From positions 352,001-416,000 of the forward strand of contig CBDCYI010000005.1 of the NCBI GenBank assembly GCA_965224085.1: DNA of 64,000 nucleotides, written 5' to 3'. The stretch comes from Candidatus Marinacidobacterales bacterium (lineage in GTDB: Bacteria > Acidobacteriota > Vicinamibacteria > Marinacidobacterales > SMYC01). This document shows, piece by piece, positions 19,120-29,706 of the stretch. The notes under the pieces were generated by a model that was given only the letters and a program-made list of their open reading frames with translations, ran no database searches and was not told where the DNA came from. How positions within the stretch are numbered: the stretch's first letter is position 1; each line of letters opens with the position of its first letter. The position numbers and the translations under genes are program-made.

Positions 19120-21256
19120 ATGTTGATTCGTCGATCAGTCCTTTTATGGAGTTTTGTCTTGCTGTGGTGGGCTGGCCTCGAGGCCGCACCGCAGAGGGAG
19201 CTTTTTACCCTCGAGCAGATTCTCAGCGCTCCCTTTCCCACCGGTCTCGTGGCGGCACCCCGTGGAGGTCGGGTGGCCTGGGTCTTCAACGCAACAGGGG
19301 AACGTAATATCTGGGTGGCCGAGCCTCCTGATTACAGAGGACGAGCTATCACTTCCTACCAAGGAGATAATGGTCAGGAAATCAGTGATCTCGAATGGAC
19401 GCCCGACGGCAGCGCCTTGGCCTACGTGCGTGGAGGCCGCAGCAATCGTCAGGGGGAGTATCCCAATCCGCTCAGCGACCCCGGCGGCGTCGAGCAGGCG
19501 GTTTGGGTCATTTCCATCGAAGGCGGGGAGCCCCGCAAGCTCGACGAGGGAAGCTCGCCGTCCGTATCGCCGAAAGGTGACCGGGTGGCTTTCGTGAAGA
19601 AGAGCCAGATTTGGTGGGCGCCGCTCGACGCCAGCAAGCCGGCTTCCCAGCTCATGCACACCCGCGGGGCGCAGTGGATCCCTTCGCTGGTCTTCCGATG
19701 GGTCCCGCCTGGCTTTCGTGAGCAACCGAGGAGATCACAGTTTCGTCGGTGTCTACCATCCGGAGACGAAGGCGCTCCGCTATTTGGAGCCCAGCGTGGA
19801 CAGCGACTCGAACCCCGTTTGGTCGCCCGACGGAGGCCGCCTCGCCTACCTTCGTCGTCCCGCTTCACGGCTTTACGGGCGTTACGGGCCCCACCGCACC
19901 AATGAGCCATGGTCCATCCGAGTGGTGGAGGTCTCCACCGGTCGGGGAAGTGAGGTCTGGAGAGCCGAGGATGGTCGAGGAAGCGTTTTTCGCAACGTGG
20001 CCTCCGACAATCAACTGCTGTGGGCCGCGACCGGCCACATCGTCTTTCCTTGGGAGCGGGACGGATGGACGCACCTCTACTCGGTGCGACCCGAAGGCGG
20101 CGAGGCAAAGCTCCTGACTCCTGGAGACTTCGAGGTCGAGTTTGTGGGATTGAGCCCCGACGGCCGCCGCGTCGTCTTCAACTCCAACCAAAACGATTTA
20201 GACCGCCGCCATCTGTGGGACGTTACGGCAGAGGGAGGCCCGCCAAGACAACTGACCCGTGGCACGGGCATCCAATGGTCGCCTATCGTCACCAGCGACG
20301 GAAAGGCGCTCGCTTTTTTGCGCTCCGACGCCAAACGGCCCGCGCATCCGGTCATTCAGTTGGGCGAAGGCCAAACCCAGGAGCTGGCGCCGGGGACCAT
20401 CCCCGCCGATTTTCCCGCGCAGGCCCTGCTGGAGCCTCAGTCGGTTGTTTACTCGGCGGCGGATGGCATGAGCATCCACGCTCAGCTTTTCCTACCGGGC
20501 GGCACCCGGCAAGGCGAGCGTCGGCAGGCCGTGGTTTTCCTTCACGGTGGCCCCCGTAGCCAGATGCTCCTCGGATGGAGCTACCGCGGCTACTATCACA
20601 ACGCGTACGCGTTCAACCAGTACCTGGCCAGTCGCGGCTACGTGGTGCTTAGCATCAACTTCCGTAGCGGCACCGGGTATGGTCTCGAGTTTCGCGAAGC
20701 CCTCGACTACGGGCCGATGGGCGCCAGCGAATTCAGTGATGTCTTAGGCGCCGGGTTGTACCTGCAGTCCCGAGCCGATGTGGATCCGGAGCGAATCGGG
20801 CTTTGGGGGGGGTCCTACGGAGGCTACCACACGGCGATGGGGCTGGCCCGTGCATCGGACTTGTTTGCTGCCGGGGTGGACCTTCACGGTGTTCACGACC
20901 GAAGAAACAGGGTGATCCGAGAGTATGGTTCTTCTTTCGTGGACCCGGAGGAAAGGCAGGCGGCTCTGAGGCTTGCCTATCAGTCTTCACCTATGGCGTC
21001 GCTTGATAGCTGGAGCTCGCCGGTGCTCTTGATTCACGGCGACGACGATCGCAATGTCCCCTTTCACGAAACCGTCGATTTGGTAGAGGAGCTCAGAAAG
21101 CGGGACGTGGAAATCGAGCAGCTCATATTCCCCGATGAGGTCCATGGGTTCCTGGCTCATGCTCATTGGCTTCAGGCCTACCGCGCGGCGTTCGACTTCT
21201 TCGAGCGACACCTAAACGGGGGCGCGAAAACAACGCGTACTTCTGGAATGAAGTGA
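19120..21256 (+). pseudogene. S9 family peptidase, frameshifted at a G run (19666-19669)
   Basis: Signal peptide and propeller in the first frame. RSGSLRWSSDGSRLAFVSNRGDHSF continues in another frame to GGSYGG, DDRNV and EVHG. Confidence 0.85.
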
Positions 21257-21347
21257 AACCACTCCAACGGAACGCAACCAGGGTGAGAGATCGAGGGTGC
21301 CACAGGGTCGTTCTCGAGCGGATACTCGCGTGCGCGATCGACCCCGC

Positions 21348-23498
21348 CTATCGGAATGGTGGGGGCGTGGCGCTTTGGAGCTCTTTCAGAAGACCCTTGA
21401 CGGATTCCTGGTCGGGATCGAGCTCCAAAGAATTTTCCAAGTACTCCACCGCCTTGTCGTAATTCCCGAGTCGCATGTGCGACACCGCGAGTGCATTGAG
21501 AAGATAGGAAGCGGGCCGCCGCAGGACGAGGGTAGATTCGAATAGCTCCACCGCCCGCGGGTAATTCCCGACTTGGAAATAGGCGTCACCCAGAGTCAGC
21601 GATACTTCCACGTTGTCTTCGTGGTCGGGTTGGACGGGCTCGAGAAGCTCGGCCGCCTCCTTTGGTCTTGCCTCGTCGAGGTGAAAGCGGGCGAGAAGAA
21701 GTCGGGGCGTCAGCAAGCTCGGATCATCGCGGATCGCCTGTTCGCAGAGTTCCATGGCCCTCTGCGTCTGGCCTTTCTCAAGGTGCTGCTTTGCAAGCTC
21801 AACTCTTATCAACCCCTCTTTCTGCCCGTCGATGTTCTCCCGGAGGACCCAAGGCCGCTGGACGATGTTTCGGGGTGTAATATCGAAGTCTTCCCACCGG
21901 CTGGCGATGGCTTGGCCGGACGAATCGAGAAGATCCACCAGCAGTCGATAACGTCCTCCGTCGGCGCCTTCCAAGCTCAGGGTTTCCAGGACGGGAGCGC
22001 CCTGGTAGGTCTTAACCGGAGTCACGTTCGAGACCATCACCTTGGAGACTTCCTCTCGATTCACGAGGCGCAGGGAGAGCCGGTGCTGGTCGCTCGCGTT
22101 TTCGAGCGGAACATGGGCGAGCAAGATGTTTCCCATCGCGTACACGTGTTTGGCGTTGGGCTCGAGCATCAAGGGGCCGACCTGATATGTGCCGTAGGTA
22201 AGCGGTGCTTCCGGGCTCGCCTGTTTCCCGGCAGCGTACAAGAGGACCGGCTTGCCGAGATAAACCGCCTCTGCACTGCGATCGCGCACGAGCAGTGGCG
22301 TTTCGAAAATCGTATACTCACTTCGTGCCCGGTTCTTCAGTACTAACCGGAAGCGATACTCACCGCTCACGAGTGCGAACATGTTCTGATAGGCGAAAGG
22401 ACGGTGCTTGACTCCTTGAAGCTGGGATTCGGTCAGCTGCAAATAAGGCTCCTTGGAGAATTGTAGAACGACTTCCTCACTATTCTCCGCGGTCACCTCA
22501 CCCTGCAGCTCGAAGGTCGTGTAATAGGCGTTATCCTCCTTGGCCAGTGTCAGATGCTGAGGTTCCAGCTCAATACTGTAATGCACAAAGCTAGAGTTGG
22601 CTGGACCGGGAATCACGTTTGCAATTCCGTAACTGGGCACATAGTTGAAAAGGTACGCACTCTCGACCAGACCCCGCGCTTCCCGCGCCGCATCCACATA
22701 GCGCGTGTCGACTCGACGATGGGGAGAGAGCAGGATGTCGGCCAATAGCACCTGAGTATCGAGAGCCGAGCGGTCCGGCTGGACAATGCTGACGTAAGCG
22801 CCCCGATCCGCTCGCATGGTGACTGACGCGTGCGCTAGTTCAGCGGATATTTCCTGAAGCATCTGATACGCATCGAGCCGGTAGCTCGCGCTATCGAACC
22901 GCTCGCCGGGCATGAGTTTCTCCGGCCCATCCAGCGCATGGTTGAACATGCGGTAGGGCCCAGCAAATCCCTCCTGGAAGAAGAGTAGATACAGAGGAGG
23001 CAGACTCTTGTCCTTGTTGGGATCGTAGAACCAGATTTCCGCAGGGTAGAGGAATGGTACGCCAAAGAACGTTTCTCGGTCGCGCGGTTCCCCGAGGATG
23101 ATGTACATCTTGCCCCGGTCCGTCATCCACCCAGGAACAGCGGATTCTCGTCCCAACTGCCGGTTTGCGTGGGCGATTCGGCGATAGTGCTCGTCTTTGA
23201 ACTCATTGGCCGGTGTCAACGGATCGGGATCTCGCCTCCGCCAGAAGGCGTCGATGAACGCTTCCCGCTCGTCCACCGACTCCAGATCCCGAAAAGCTCC
23301 CCGCTCCCTGTCACTGATGATATAGACGACCTCCTCCTCTAGCCATGTACGGTGCTTCTCGGGAAGCTCTTGAGCTGCGCGCGCAAGCGGGCTCGCCAGG
23401 AGGCCGGCGGGTAAAACGAGCGTTAGAAGCGGCAGGAGAAAGCCACCAAGCTTATACAAGCGCGGCCGCGTTTTTTCGGTGGAGGGCAAATCTGTCAT
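21348..23498 (-). CDS. GWxTD domain protein with C-terminal TPR repeats
   Basis: WLEEEVVYII, FWRRRDP and GWMTDRG motifs, TPR helices at the C-terminus. Start uncertain. Confidence 0.88.
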   Translation of the reverse strand: MTDLPSTEKTRPRLYKLGGFLLPLLTLVLPAGLLASPLARAAQELPEKHRTWLEEEVVYIISDRERGAFRDLESVDEREAFIDAFWRRRDPDPLTPANEFKDEHYRRIAHANRQLGRESAVPGWMTDRGKMYIILGEPRDRETFFGVPFLYPAEIWFYDPNKDKSLPPLYLLFFQEGFAGPYRMFNHALDGPEKLMPGERFDSASYRLDAYQMLQEISAELAHASVTMRADRGAYVSIVQPDRSALDTQVLLADILLSPHRRVDTRYVDAAREARGLVESAYLFNYVPSYGIANVIPGPANSSFVHYSIELEPQHLTLAKEDNAYYTTFELQGEVTAENSEEVVLQFSKEPYLQLTESQLQGVKHRPFAYQNMFALVSGEYRFRLVLKNRARSEYTIFETPLLVRDRSAEAVYLGKPVLLYAAGKQASPEAPLTYGTYQVGPLMLEPNAKHVYAMGNILLAHVPLENASDQHRLSLRLVNREEVSKVMVSNVTPVKTYQGAPVLETLSLEGADGGRYRLLVDLLDSSGQAIASRWEDFDITPRNIVQRPWVLRENIDGQKEGLIRVELAKQHLEKGQTQRAMELCEQAIRDDPSLLTPRLLLARFHLDEARPKEAAELLEPVQPDHEDNVEVSLTLGDAYFQVGNYPRAVELFESTLVLRRPASYLLNALAVSHMRLGNYDKAVEYLENSLELDPDQESVKGLLKELQSATPPPFR

Positions 23499-23588
23499 TC
23501 TCTGGCTCCCCGTCACGTCACCAAGGTAGCTAGTCGCTTCTGCAAAAGTCAAACACGTGTCCTCGATACGAAGTCTAACTCGACAAGT

Positions 23589-24013
23589 AACGCGTCGATG
23601 GACGATTTTCTCGACTGGCGCGAGCAAGCACGCTCCTTCGACGTTCTCATCGGCGGCGTCGGTACGTGGGCGTGGGCATTTACGGTGTCATTGCGTTCGC
23701 GGTCAACCAACGCTCGCACGAGATCGGGATCCGGATGGCGCTCGGTGCGAAACCGTCCGGCATTTTGAAGCTCGTCATCCGTCAGGGCGCGGTGGTGACG
23801 CTGATCGGTACGGTGCTCGGGGTGGCCGGGGCCGTCGCTTTCGTACGCTTTCTCGGCGCCGAGCTCGAAGGGATTAACGTCGCCACCGCATCGGGCGCGC
23901 TCACCTATGTAAGCGTCTCGCTCGTGCTGCTATTCGTAGCGAATCTCGCTAGTTTTCTCCCTGCCAAAAAAGCAGTCAACGTCGATCCTCTCGTAGTGCT
24001 CCGATACGAGTAG
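23589..24013 (+). pseudogene. Internally deleted ADOP/MacB-FtsX-type ABC permease relic
   Basis: DFLDWREQARSFD (N-terminal region motif) is joined out of frame to GIYGVIAFAVNQRSHEIGIRMALGA...DPLVVLRYE (C-terminus). Confidence 0.7.
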
Positions 24014-24306
24014 CTCGTCTCCGGAGCCGGCGCTCCGCTGGAATCTCGCGCCATGGAAGCTCATGGAAGGCGCTACAACTGAAACCGCGAGCCGCGCCGT
24101 GGCAGACGATGGTACAGTCCGGCGAGCCGACGCGCTGAAGCGCTGACGGTCAGCGCCCGCGGTGCGGTAGAGAGGAGGCCCGTGCCCCTCCAATTTGAAC
24201 TCATCGAAGAGACGGACTACCTGCGGGTTGTAGTGACTGGCCGTTACGATGCAGTAGACTACAACAGATTTGTCGAGCCAGCTGAACCTGGCTAGGCTTG
24301 GTCCGC

Positions 24307-25572
24307 TCAGCGGCGCTCAAAGAAAGGGTCCGCGGCAGCGTAGGTCGTGGTTCGACGGCCATGCGATCCAAGCTGTTTCGAAGCCGCGGGGAAGACCCGG
24401 TTCCGTCCGTTGCGCTTGGCCTCGTAGAGCGCTTCGTCGGCGGCGCGGATGAGTTCCGTACTCCCGTGGCCGTCTCTCGGATAGTTCGCAACCCCTCCGC
24501 TGAAGCTGAGAATCCCGAGCGGCTGCTTCTCTCGATGGGGAAAGTCGTGTTCGGCAACATGACGCAATATGTTCTCGGCGGCTTTCAACGCTTGCTCGGA
24601 CGTCGCTCCTGGAAAGATCAAAATAAACTCTTCTCCGCCATAGCGTCCGAACACACTGTTCACGCGCGTGTGGTCCGCAACGACTTGAACGAATCTCTTG
24701 AGCAGACGGTCGCCCTCATCGTGGCCGTTGACGTCGTTGTAGTTCTTGAAGTTGTCGATATCCAATAGAAGAATCGAAACCTCCGCGCTCGTCTTCTCAC
24801 TTTCGACTATCTTCTCGGACAGATGGGTCAAAGTGTATGTCTTGTTGTAGATCCCCGTGAGCCCGTCGATCTCCGCGGTCTCCTTCATCGCACCATAAGC
24901 GGTCGCGTGCTGTAGCGCCATAGCGCCGATATGGGCGATGAGGCGAAGGACCGCTTTCGCGCTTTCGGAATGGAGGCTCGGGCGCGACATCGCGAGAAGC
25001 CCGAGGGTGTTGCCATCGAATACCATTGGCGCGACCAGATCGCAGTCGAATCCTTCGATCACGTACCGCTTGAGCTCGGAGCGCACGTGATTCGAAAGCT
25101 TCGAGAAATCGTCGCGGCTCATCACCTGTTGGTTCTCGGCCACCATCCCGAGCTCTCCATGTTCGGACGGAAATTGCATGCCGGCATCGATCTTGTTGTC
25201 CGAGCTCGAGGCCGCCGCGACGATGAACTTGGTTCCATGGCTCGGATCGCCCGTCTTCCGTTTTCTACGAAGCAGTACCATGGACCCCCACGGCTCGAAC
25301 GTTCGGAGCATTATCTTGTTGAGCTCGGCCGGGATATTGCGCGGGTCTACCTTCGAGTGAAGCTCACGCGACAAATGCGGAAACTCTCTCGCGAAGCGCA
25401 CGACGAACTCGCGCTCGCGCGAAGTCTGCGCCGCTGGTCGGATCGTTTCGAGCTTGTCGCGGAGCGTTCGGATCGTCTCGAGCGCTTTCGCATACTCCAA
25501 CCTGAGCGCAAGAAAGGCGCGGCAACCGAAAACGAGCAACGCGACAATAAGCACGATCGCCACTGGTATCAT
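24307..25572 (-). CDS. Membrane-anchored GAF-GGDEF diguanylate cyclase
   Basis: N-terminal TM helix, GAF-like region, DGLTGIYN, DIDNFKNYND, RYGGEEF. Confidence 0.92.
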   Translation of the reverse strand: MIPVAIVLIVALLVFGCRAFLALRLEYAKALETIRTLRDKLETIRPAAQTSREREFVVRFAREFPHLSRELHSKVDPRNIPAELNKIMLRTFEPWGSMVLLRRKRKTGDPSHGTKFIVAAASSSDNKIDAGMQFPSEHGELGMVAENQQVMSRDDFSKLSNHVRSELKRYVIEGFDCDLVAPMVFDGNTLGLLAMSRPSLHSESAKAVLRLIAHIGAMALQHATAYGAMKETAEIDGLTGIYNKTYTLTHLSEKIVESEKTSAEVSILLLDIDNFKNYNDVNGHDEGDRLLKRFVQVVADHTRVNSVFGRYGGEEFILIFPGATSEQALKAAENILRHVAEHDFPHREKQPLGILSFSGGVANYPRDGHGSTELIRAADEALYEAKRNGRNRVFPAASKQLGSHGRRTTTYAAADPFFERR

Positions 25573-25834
25573 GCTGAAATACTCATACTTGCGGGTAGCC
25601 ACCCTCGCCTGGCATCCGCTCACCAGCCTAAAATTGGTTCGATTCCCGGAGAATGGTTGTTGTTGGGATTGATTTACGTATCGTTTATTCTACCGACAAA
25701 ACGGGACATCAGTCCACCGGAAAAGTCAGGGGCCAGATCGTCCCAGAGCGCCACGGCGTCGAGGCGAAAGATCTCGCTGGCCTTCGGGCAGCTCCCAGAC
25801 GACGATGCGGCCTTGCGGGCCGACTCGCTACGTG

Positions 25835-28009
25835 CTATGGCTTCAAGTGACGCTCCATGAACTCGAACACCATCGTCCAGAGATGGATCACTTCGTTCGA
25901 GCCGCGTATCCCGTGCGTCTTGTTCGGATAGAACATGAGGTCGAACTGTTTCTGGTTCTTGATGAGGGCGTCGATCAGCTGAAACGTATTCTGCGGGTGC
26001 ACGTTGTCGTCGTGGCTCCCGTGGATGATGAGCATCCGTCCGTTATAGTTCGAGGCGTCGACAACGGAGGAGGTCCGCTCATAGGCTTTCGGATCTTCCT
26101 CGGGAACGCCCATATAGCGCTCGGTATAGATCGAATCGTAAAGATACCAATCAGTGACGGGTGCCCCCGCGACGCCGATCTTGAACAGATCCGTATGCGT
26201 CATGTGGAATGTGGTCGTGAAGCCCCCGCCGCTCCAACCCCAGACGCCGGTATTCTCACTATCGATGTAGGGCAAGCCGGTGAGGTACTCGACCGCGACC
26301 GCGTGATCTTGGACCGCAAGCGGACCGATATTGTGATCTCCGAGCACCGCATATTTCTTTCCCCAAATCGCCGAGCTTCGATCGTCGATTTGCGCGACGA
26401 CATAGCCCTCCTGGACGAGGAATTGGTGAAATAGAAAGCGGTTCCCTCCCCACGAGTCACGAATGGTCGGCGCCCCCGGCATCCCGTAGACATAGGCGAC
26501 GAGTGGATATTTCTTGCCGGGCTCGATCTCGCGGGGCTTCATCAACAACAACCCGACCTTGTGGCCGTCCGGCGTATCGAGCAAGGTCCGCTGCGGCTCG
26601 ACCAGATCGTAGCCTTCGATCGGCTCGGGCTCGTGAAAGACCGCGGCGCCATCCGAGCCGACATTTCGCAGCGTGGTGCCGCCGGGCTCCGTCATCGAGG
26701 CGAAGCGATCGAGATAAGCTCCTGTCTCCACGTTCAAATTGATCTGATGTGTCCCGATGCCGTCGGTCAACCGCTCGACAGGCGAGCGGTCGAGTTTTAC
26801 CCGGTAGAGGTCGCGGCCGATCGGGTTGTCGCGGTTGGCGGAGAAGTAGACGAGCTCCTTGTCGCCGTCGAACCCGTCGAGCCCGAAGACTTGCCAATCA
26901 CCGTCCGTCAGCTGTTCGAGGACCCTCCCCTGCTCGTCGTCGTAGAGATAGAGGTGGCGGAAGCCCGATCGCTCCGACGTCCAAAGGAAGCGGTCGCCGC
27001 TGAGGAAGGTCAAGTCGTTGGTCAGGTTGATCCAATGCGCGTCGGTTTCCGTCATGACAGTACGCGAGCGGCCGCTTCTGGGATCCACGTAGATGAGCTG
27101 AAGCTCATCCTGGCCGCGGTTCAAGAGCTGTATCGCCACCTTGTCGCCGTCCCTCCAATCGATCCGCGCGATGTACTCGGCGGAGCGATCGATCCAGACC
27201 GTACGGCCGTTTTCCACGTTCACGATACCGGCACGCACGCGCGGGTTCGGATCACCGGGCTTCGGGTACCGCTGAAGATCGACGCTCGCTTGGCGTGAGA
27301 CGATCTCTGGAATCGGGTAGGTGGGCACGAGCGTCTCATCGAGCTCCAGAAACGCGATGCGCCGGCTGTCGGGGGACCAGTGGTAGCCGGTCCTGACATT
27401 CAGCTCTTCGGGGTAGACCCAGTCGAGATCGCCGTGGAGGATCAATTCGCTCCCGCCGAACGTCAGCTGCTTTTCCTCCCCGCCGGCCCCGGAGGCGGGG
27501 ACCACCCAAAGGTCGTGCTCATAGACGAAGGCGATGGACGCTCCGTCCGGGGAGAACTTGGGGTCGTGGACGTCGTTCTTGGACGGAGCGAGGTGCGTGG
27601 CGCCGCCGCTCTCGAGGTCGTAGACGAGGATCCGGCCCGAACTTGCCAGCAGAAGCGAGTTGCCGTCGGGGGACCAGTGATAATCGGGAACGCCGAAGCG
27701 CGTTCGGCGGGTGCGCTCACGCTCCGCGTCTGTCACTTGCGTGGGCGACGGCGCGATATCGCGGAGGATGTCCTCCGACACGATCACGCGTCGCTCGAAC
27801 GTACCGCTGTCGAACAGCCAGAGATCCCTTCCATCGTCCGAGGACAGGAAGTAGCTGAGATGCCCTTCGGGGGTCCAGCGTGTCTGAGAAGGAGCGGGCG
27901 AGGACAAGTCGCCGCCGTAAATGGCTTCGATGGTGAGTTTCTTGGGCTGCGCTTCCGCGAGCGTGAACGGCACGAGCGACACGAGGACGATAGCAATCGA
28001 GCGATACAT
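25835..28009 (-). CDS. Dipeptidyl peptidase IV (S9B)
   Basis: Signal peptide, DWVYPEEL, YPKPG, GWSGGG, YDSIYTERYMG, DDNVH. Confidence 0.93.
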   Translation of the reverse strand: MYRSIAIVLVSLVPFTLAEAQPKKLTIEAIYGGDLSSPAPSQTRWTPEGHLSYFLSSDDGRDLWLFDSGTFERRVIVSEDILRDIAPSPTQVTDAERERTRRTRFGVPDYHWSPDGNSLLLASSGRILVYDLESGGATHLAPSKNDVHDPKFSPDGASIAFVYEHDLWVVPASGAGGEEKQLTFGGSELILHGDLDWVYPEELNVRTGYHWSPDSRRIAFLELDETLVPTYPIPEIVSRQASVDLQRYPKPGDPNPRVRAGIVNVENGRTVWIDRSAEYIARIDWRDGDKVAIQLLNRGQDELQLIYVDPRSGRSRTVMTETDAHWINLTNDLTFLSGDRFLWTSERSGFRHLYLYDDEQGRVLEQLTDGDWQVFGLDGFDGDKELVYFSANRDNPIGRDLYRVKLDRSPVERLTDGIGTHQINLNVETGAYLDRFASMTEPGGTTLRNVGSDGAAVFHEPEPIEGYDLVEPQRTLLDTPDGHKVGLLLMKPREIEPGKKYPLVAYVYGMPGAPTIRDSWGGNRFLFHQFLVQEGYVVAQIDDRSSAIWGKKYAVLGDHNIGPLAVQDHAVAVEYLTGLPYIDSENTGVWGWSGGGFTTTFHMTHTDLFKIGVAGAPVTDWYLYDSIYTERYMGVPEEDPKAYERTSSVVDASNYNGRMLIIHGSHDDNVHPQNTFQLIDALIKNQKQFDLMFYPNKTHGIRGSNEVIHLWTMVFEFMERHLKP

Positions 28010-28397
28010 AGCGCGTGGAACCTCCAAGGCGGCAAGGGTGGCCTGAAAGGTACCAGCCTTGGTCGAACGGTTCAACGTGTAGCCGCTGGCAGCCGCTGCG
28101 CCGCGAAAACCAAGGCGTCCGCGGCGGCTCAGAAAGCGACAACCACGAGTGTGTCTTGATTGCGGAGGCTCCCTCGCATCACGCGCTTGAAGACGTGCGA
28201 GCCGAATCGAACGACACCCTTCGTGTTTGTGTTGTCGAATCCTTGCTTGCCATCGAGCTGAGCGATTTGCTCGCTCAACAGGCGAAGTTCTTCAGGATGG
28301 TTCGTGAACGGCTGTGATCTCGTCGCTGAAAATGCACATCGCGCACCCTCCGGATCCAGTCTAAGACACAGGCCGGAGACTGCAACCGGTCGCGCAG

Positions 28398-29588
28398 TCA
28401 GGGAGCGGGAAGGTTCGACTTTGTAGCGCGTAGAATTTCCGCGCTCACGGCATGCTCCTCGCTCGCCGCCATCTTCATGAGAAGCCGGGCGTAGAGCCGG
28501 TCGCGAACAGACTGTGGGAGACGGTCGAACAAATCGCTGTAGATCATGTAACTCAACGGATAGCGGAAGAGACGCGTCTTCAAATCGAGCTCACGCAATG
28601 ACCGCCCCTCGCGATCGCGCGGCCCCCTTGCAGAAAACGTCTTGGCAAACGCAGAGGCGCTTTGGACCGGCTGTGTCAGCGGGACCTCGTCCTCGAACAG
28701 CATGTAGCTGGCGACCTCTGCGATGCGCGCCTCGAGAGCACCATCTCGCGTGTCGTCCTCGGCCGCGATGCGCGTTTCCCATCCGAGACGGATCAAGAGA
28801 TTCGTCATTTGCGTTTGATGCTCGAGGGTCATGAGAGCGGCGAGGTCGCTCGTGGGCGCCAAGTAGTCGCTCATGTCCAGAGGCAAGCTCACACCCGCTG
28901 GGGCGCCGCCCGTGGGGCTCGAAGATACGGTGTTGCCGCGATGCGCCGCAGCACCCAAATCGCTCACGAACCATCCGCCCCAGCGGTCTTCGAAAGACGT
29001 GCGATGATCAGAAACGATCGAGCCTCGGTAGTCCGGCCGGCCCGTCGGAGATACGTATACCGAGCCGACATAGACGCCGGCCACGCCGAGCGTCGCGGCA
29101 TCGTGGTGACACGCCAAGCAAAGCTTCGATCGATCGAAGCGCGGCGGACCGATCTTCGCTGCGCGCATCGTATAAAAGATCGCGCCCCGGACAGGGTCGA
29201 TCGCGGCGAGCTCGATGACGTTCGCACCCGGCACGAATCCGATTGCCACGTCGTCGTTAAAATAAATTGAACGCGGCGACGTCCGCGAGATGAGCTGTCG
29301 TTGGAGACTCGTCTTCGAGAACACGAGCACCTGTGAATGGACGCTCACGCCGAGTGCCCGAAGAAGCGCCGGGAGGTATCCGTGCCCATCCGCTACGTAC
29401 GCAAGCTCGAGCTCGCCGCGCTCGAGGCGCTCGGCAAGCCTGGTGACGGGATCCTCGAGCGGCGTGTCCCAGTACCGAATGGCGCGATGGTCGAGCTCGA
29501 GATTTTTTTCGTAGATCTGCCCGACCGCCGCCGGCGCAAGCCATATCGTCAGAGCGCCCGCCAAGACCAGCCCACGTTTCGTCAGCAT
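28398..29588 (-). CDS. Exported c-type heme-motif protein of unknown function
   Basis: Signal peptide and CLACH, plus VFSKTSLQ, RWGGWFV and LFRYPLSYMIYS motifs. Confidence 0.75.
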   Translation of the reverse strand: MLTKRGLVLAGALTIWLAPAAVGQIYEKNLELDHRAIRYWDTPLEDPVTRLAERLERGELELAYVADGHGYLPALLRALGVSVHSQVLVFSKTSLQRQLISRTSPRSIYFNDDVAIGFVPGANVIELAAIDPVRGAIFYTMRAAKIGPPRFDRSKLCLACHHDAATLGVAGVYVGSVYVSPTGRPDYRGSIVSDHRTSFEDRWGGWFVSDLGAAAHRGNTVSSSPTGGAPAGVSLPLDMSDYLAPTSDLAALMTLEHQTQMTNLLIRLGWETRIAAEDDTRDGALEARIAEVASYMLFEDEVPLTQPVQSASAFAKTFSARGPRDREGRSLRELDLKTRLFRYPLSYMIYSDLFDRLPQSVRDRLYARLLMKMAASEEHAVSAEILRATKSNLPAP

Positions 29589-29706
29589 GAGTTAACATTA
29601 TTATAGGCGGGGGCGCTCGCGACGCAGTTGCAAATGGTCTCGATATCCAATAAAAATAATCGGGGATCTCGGGGCGTTCATACGGCTGCGGTAGGGCAGA
29701 GGATCG

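Noticed and set aside
28075-28397. ncRNA (tmRNA/6S-like) or small gene in the intergenic gap
   Set aside because: Only a GGATTCGAC word matches. There are no tRNA-like ends or convincing ORF start.
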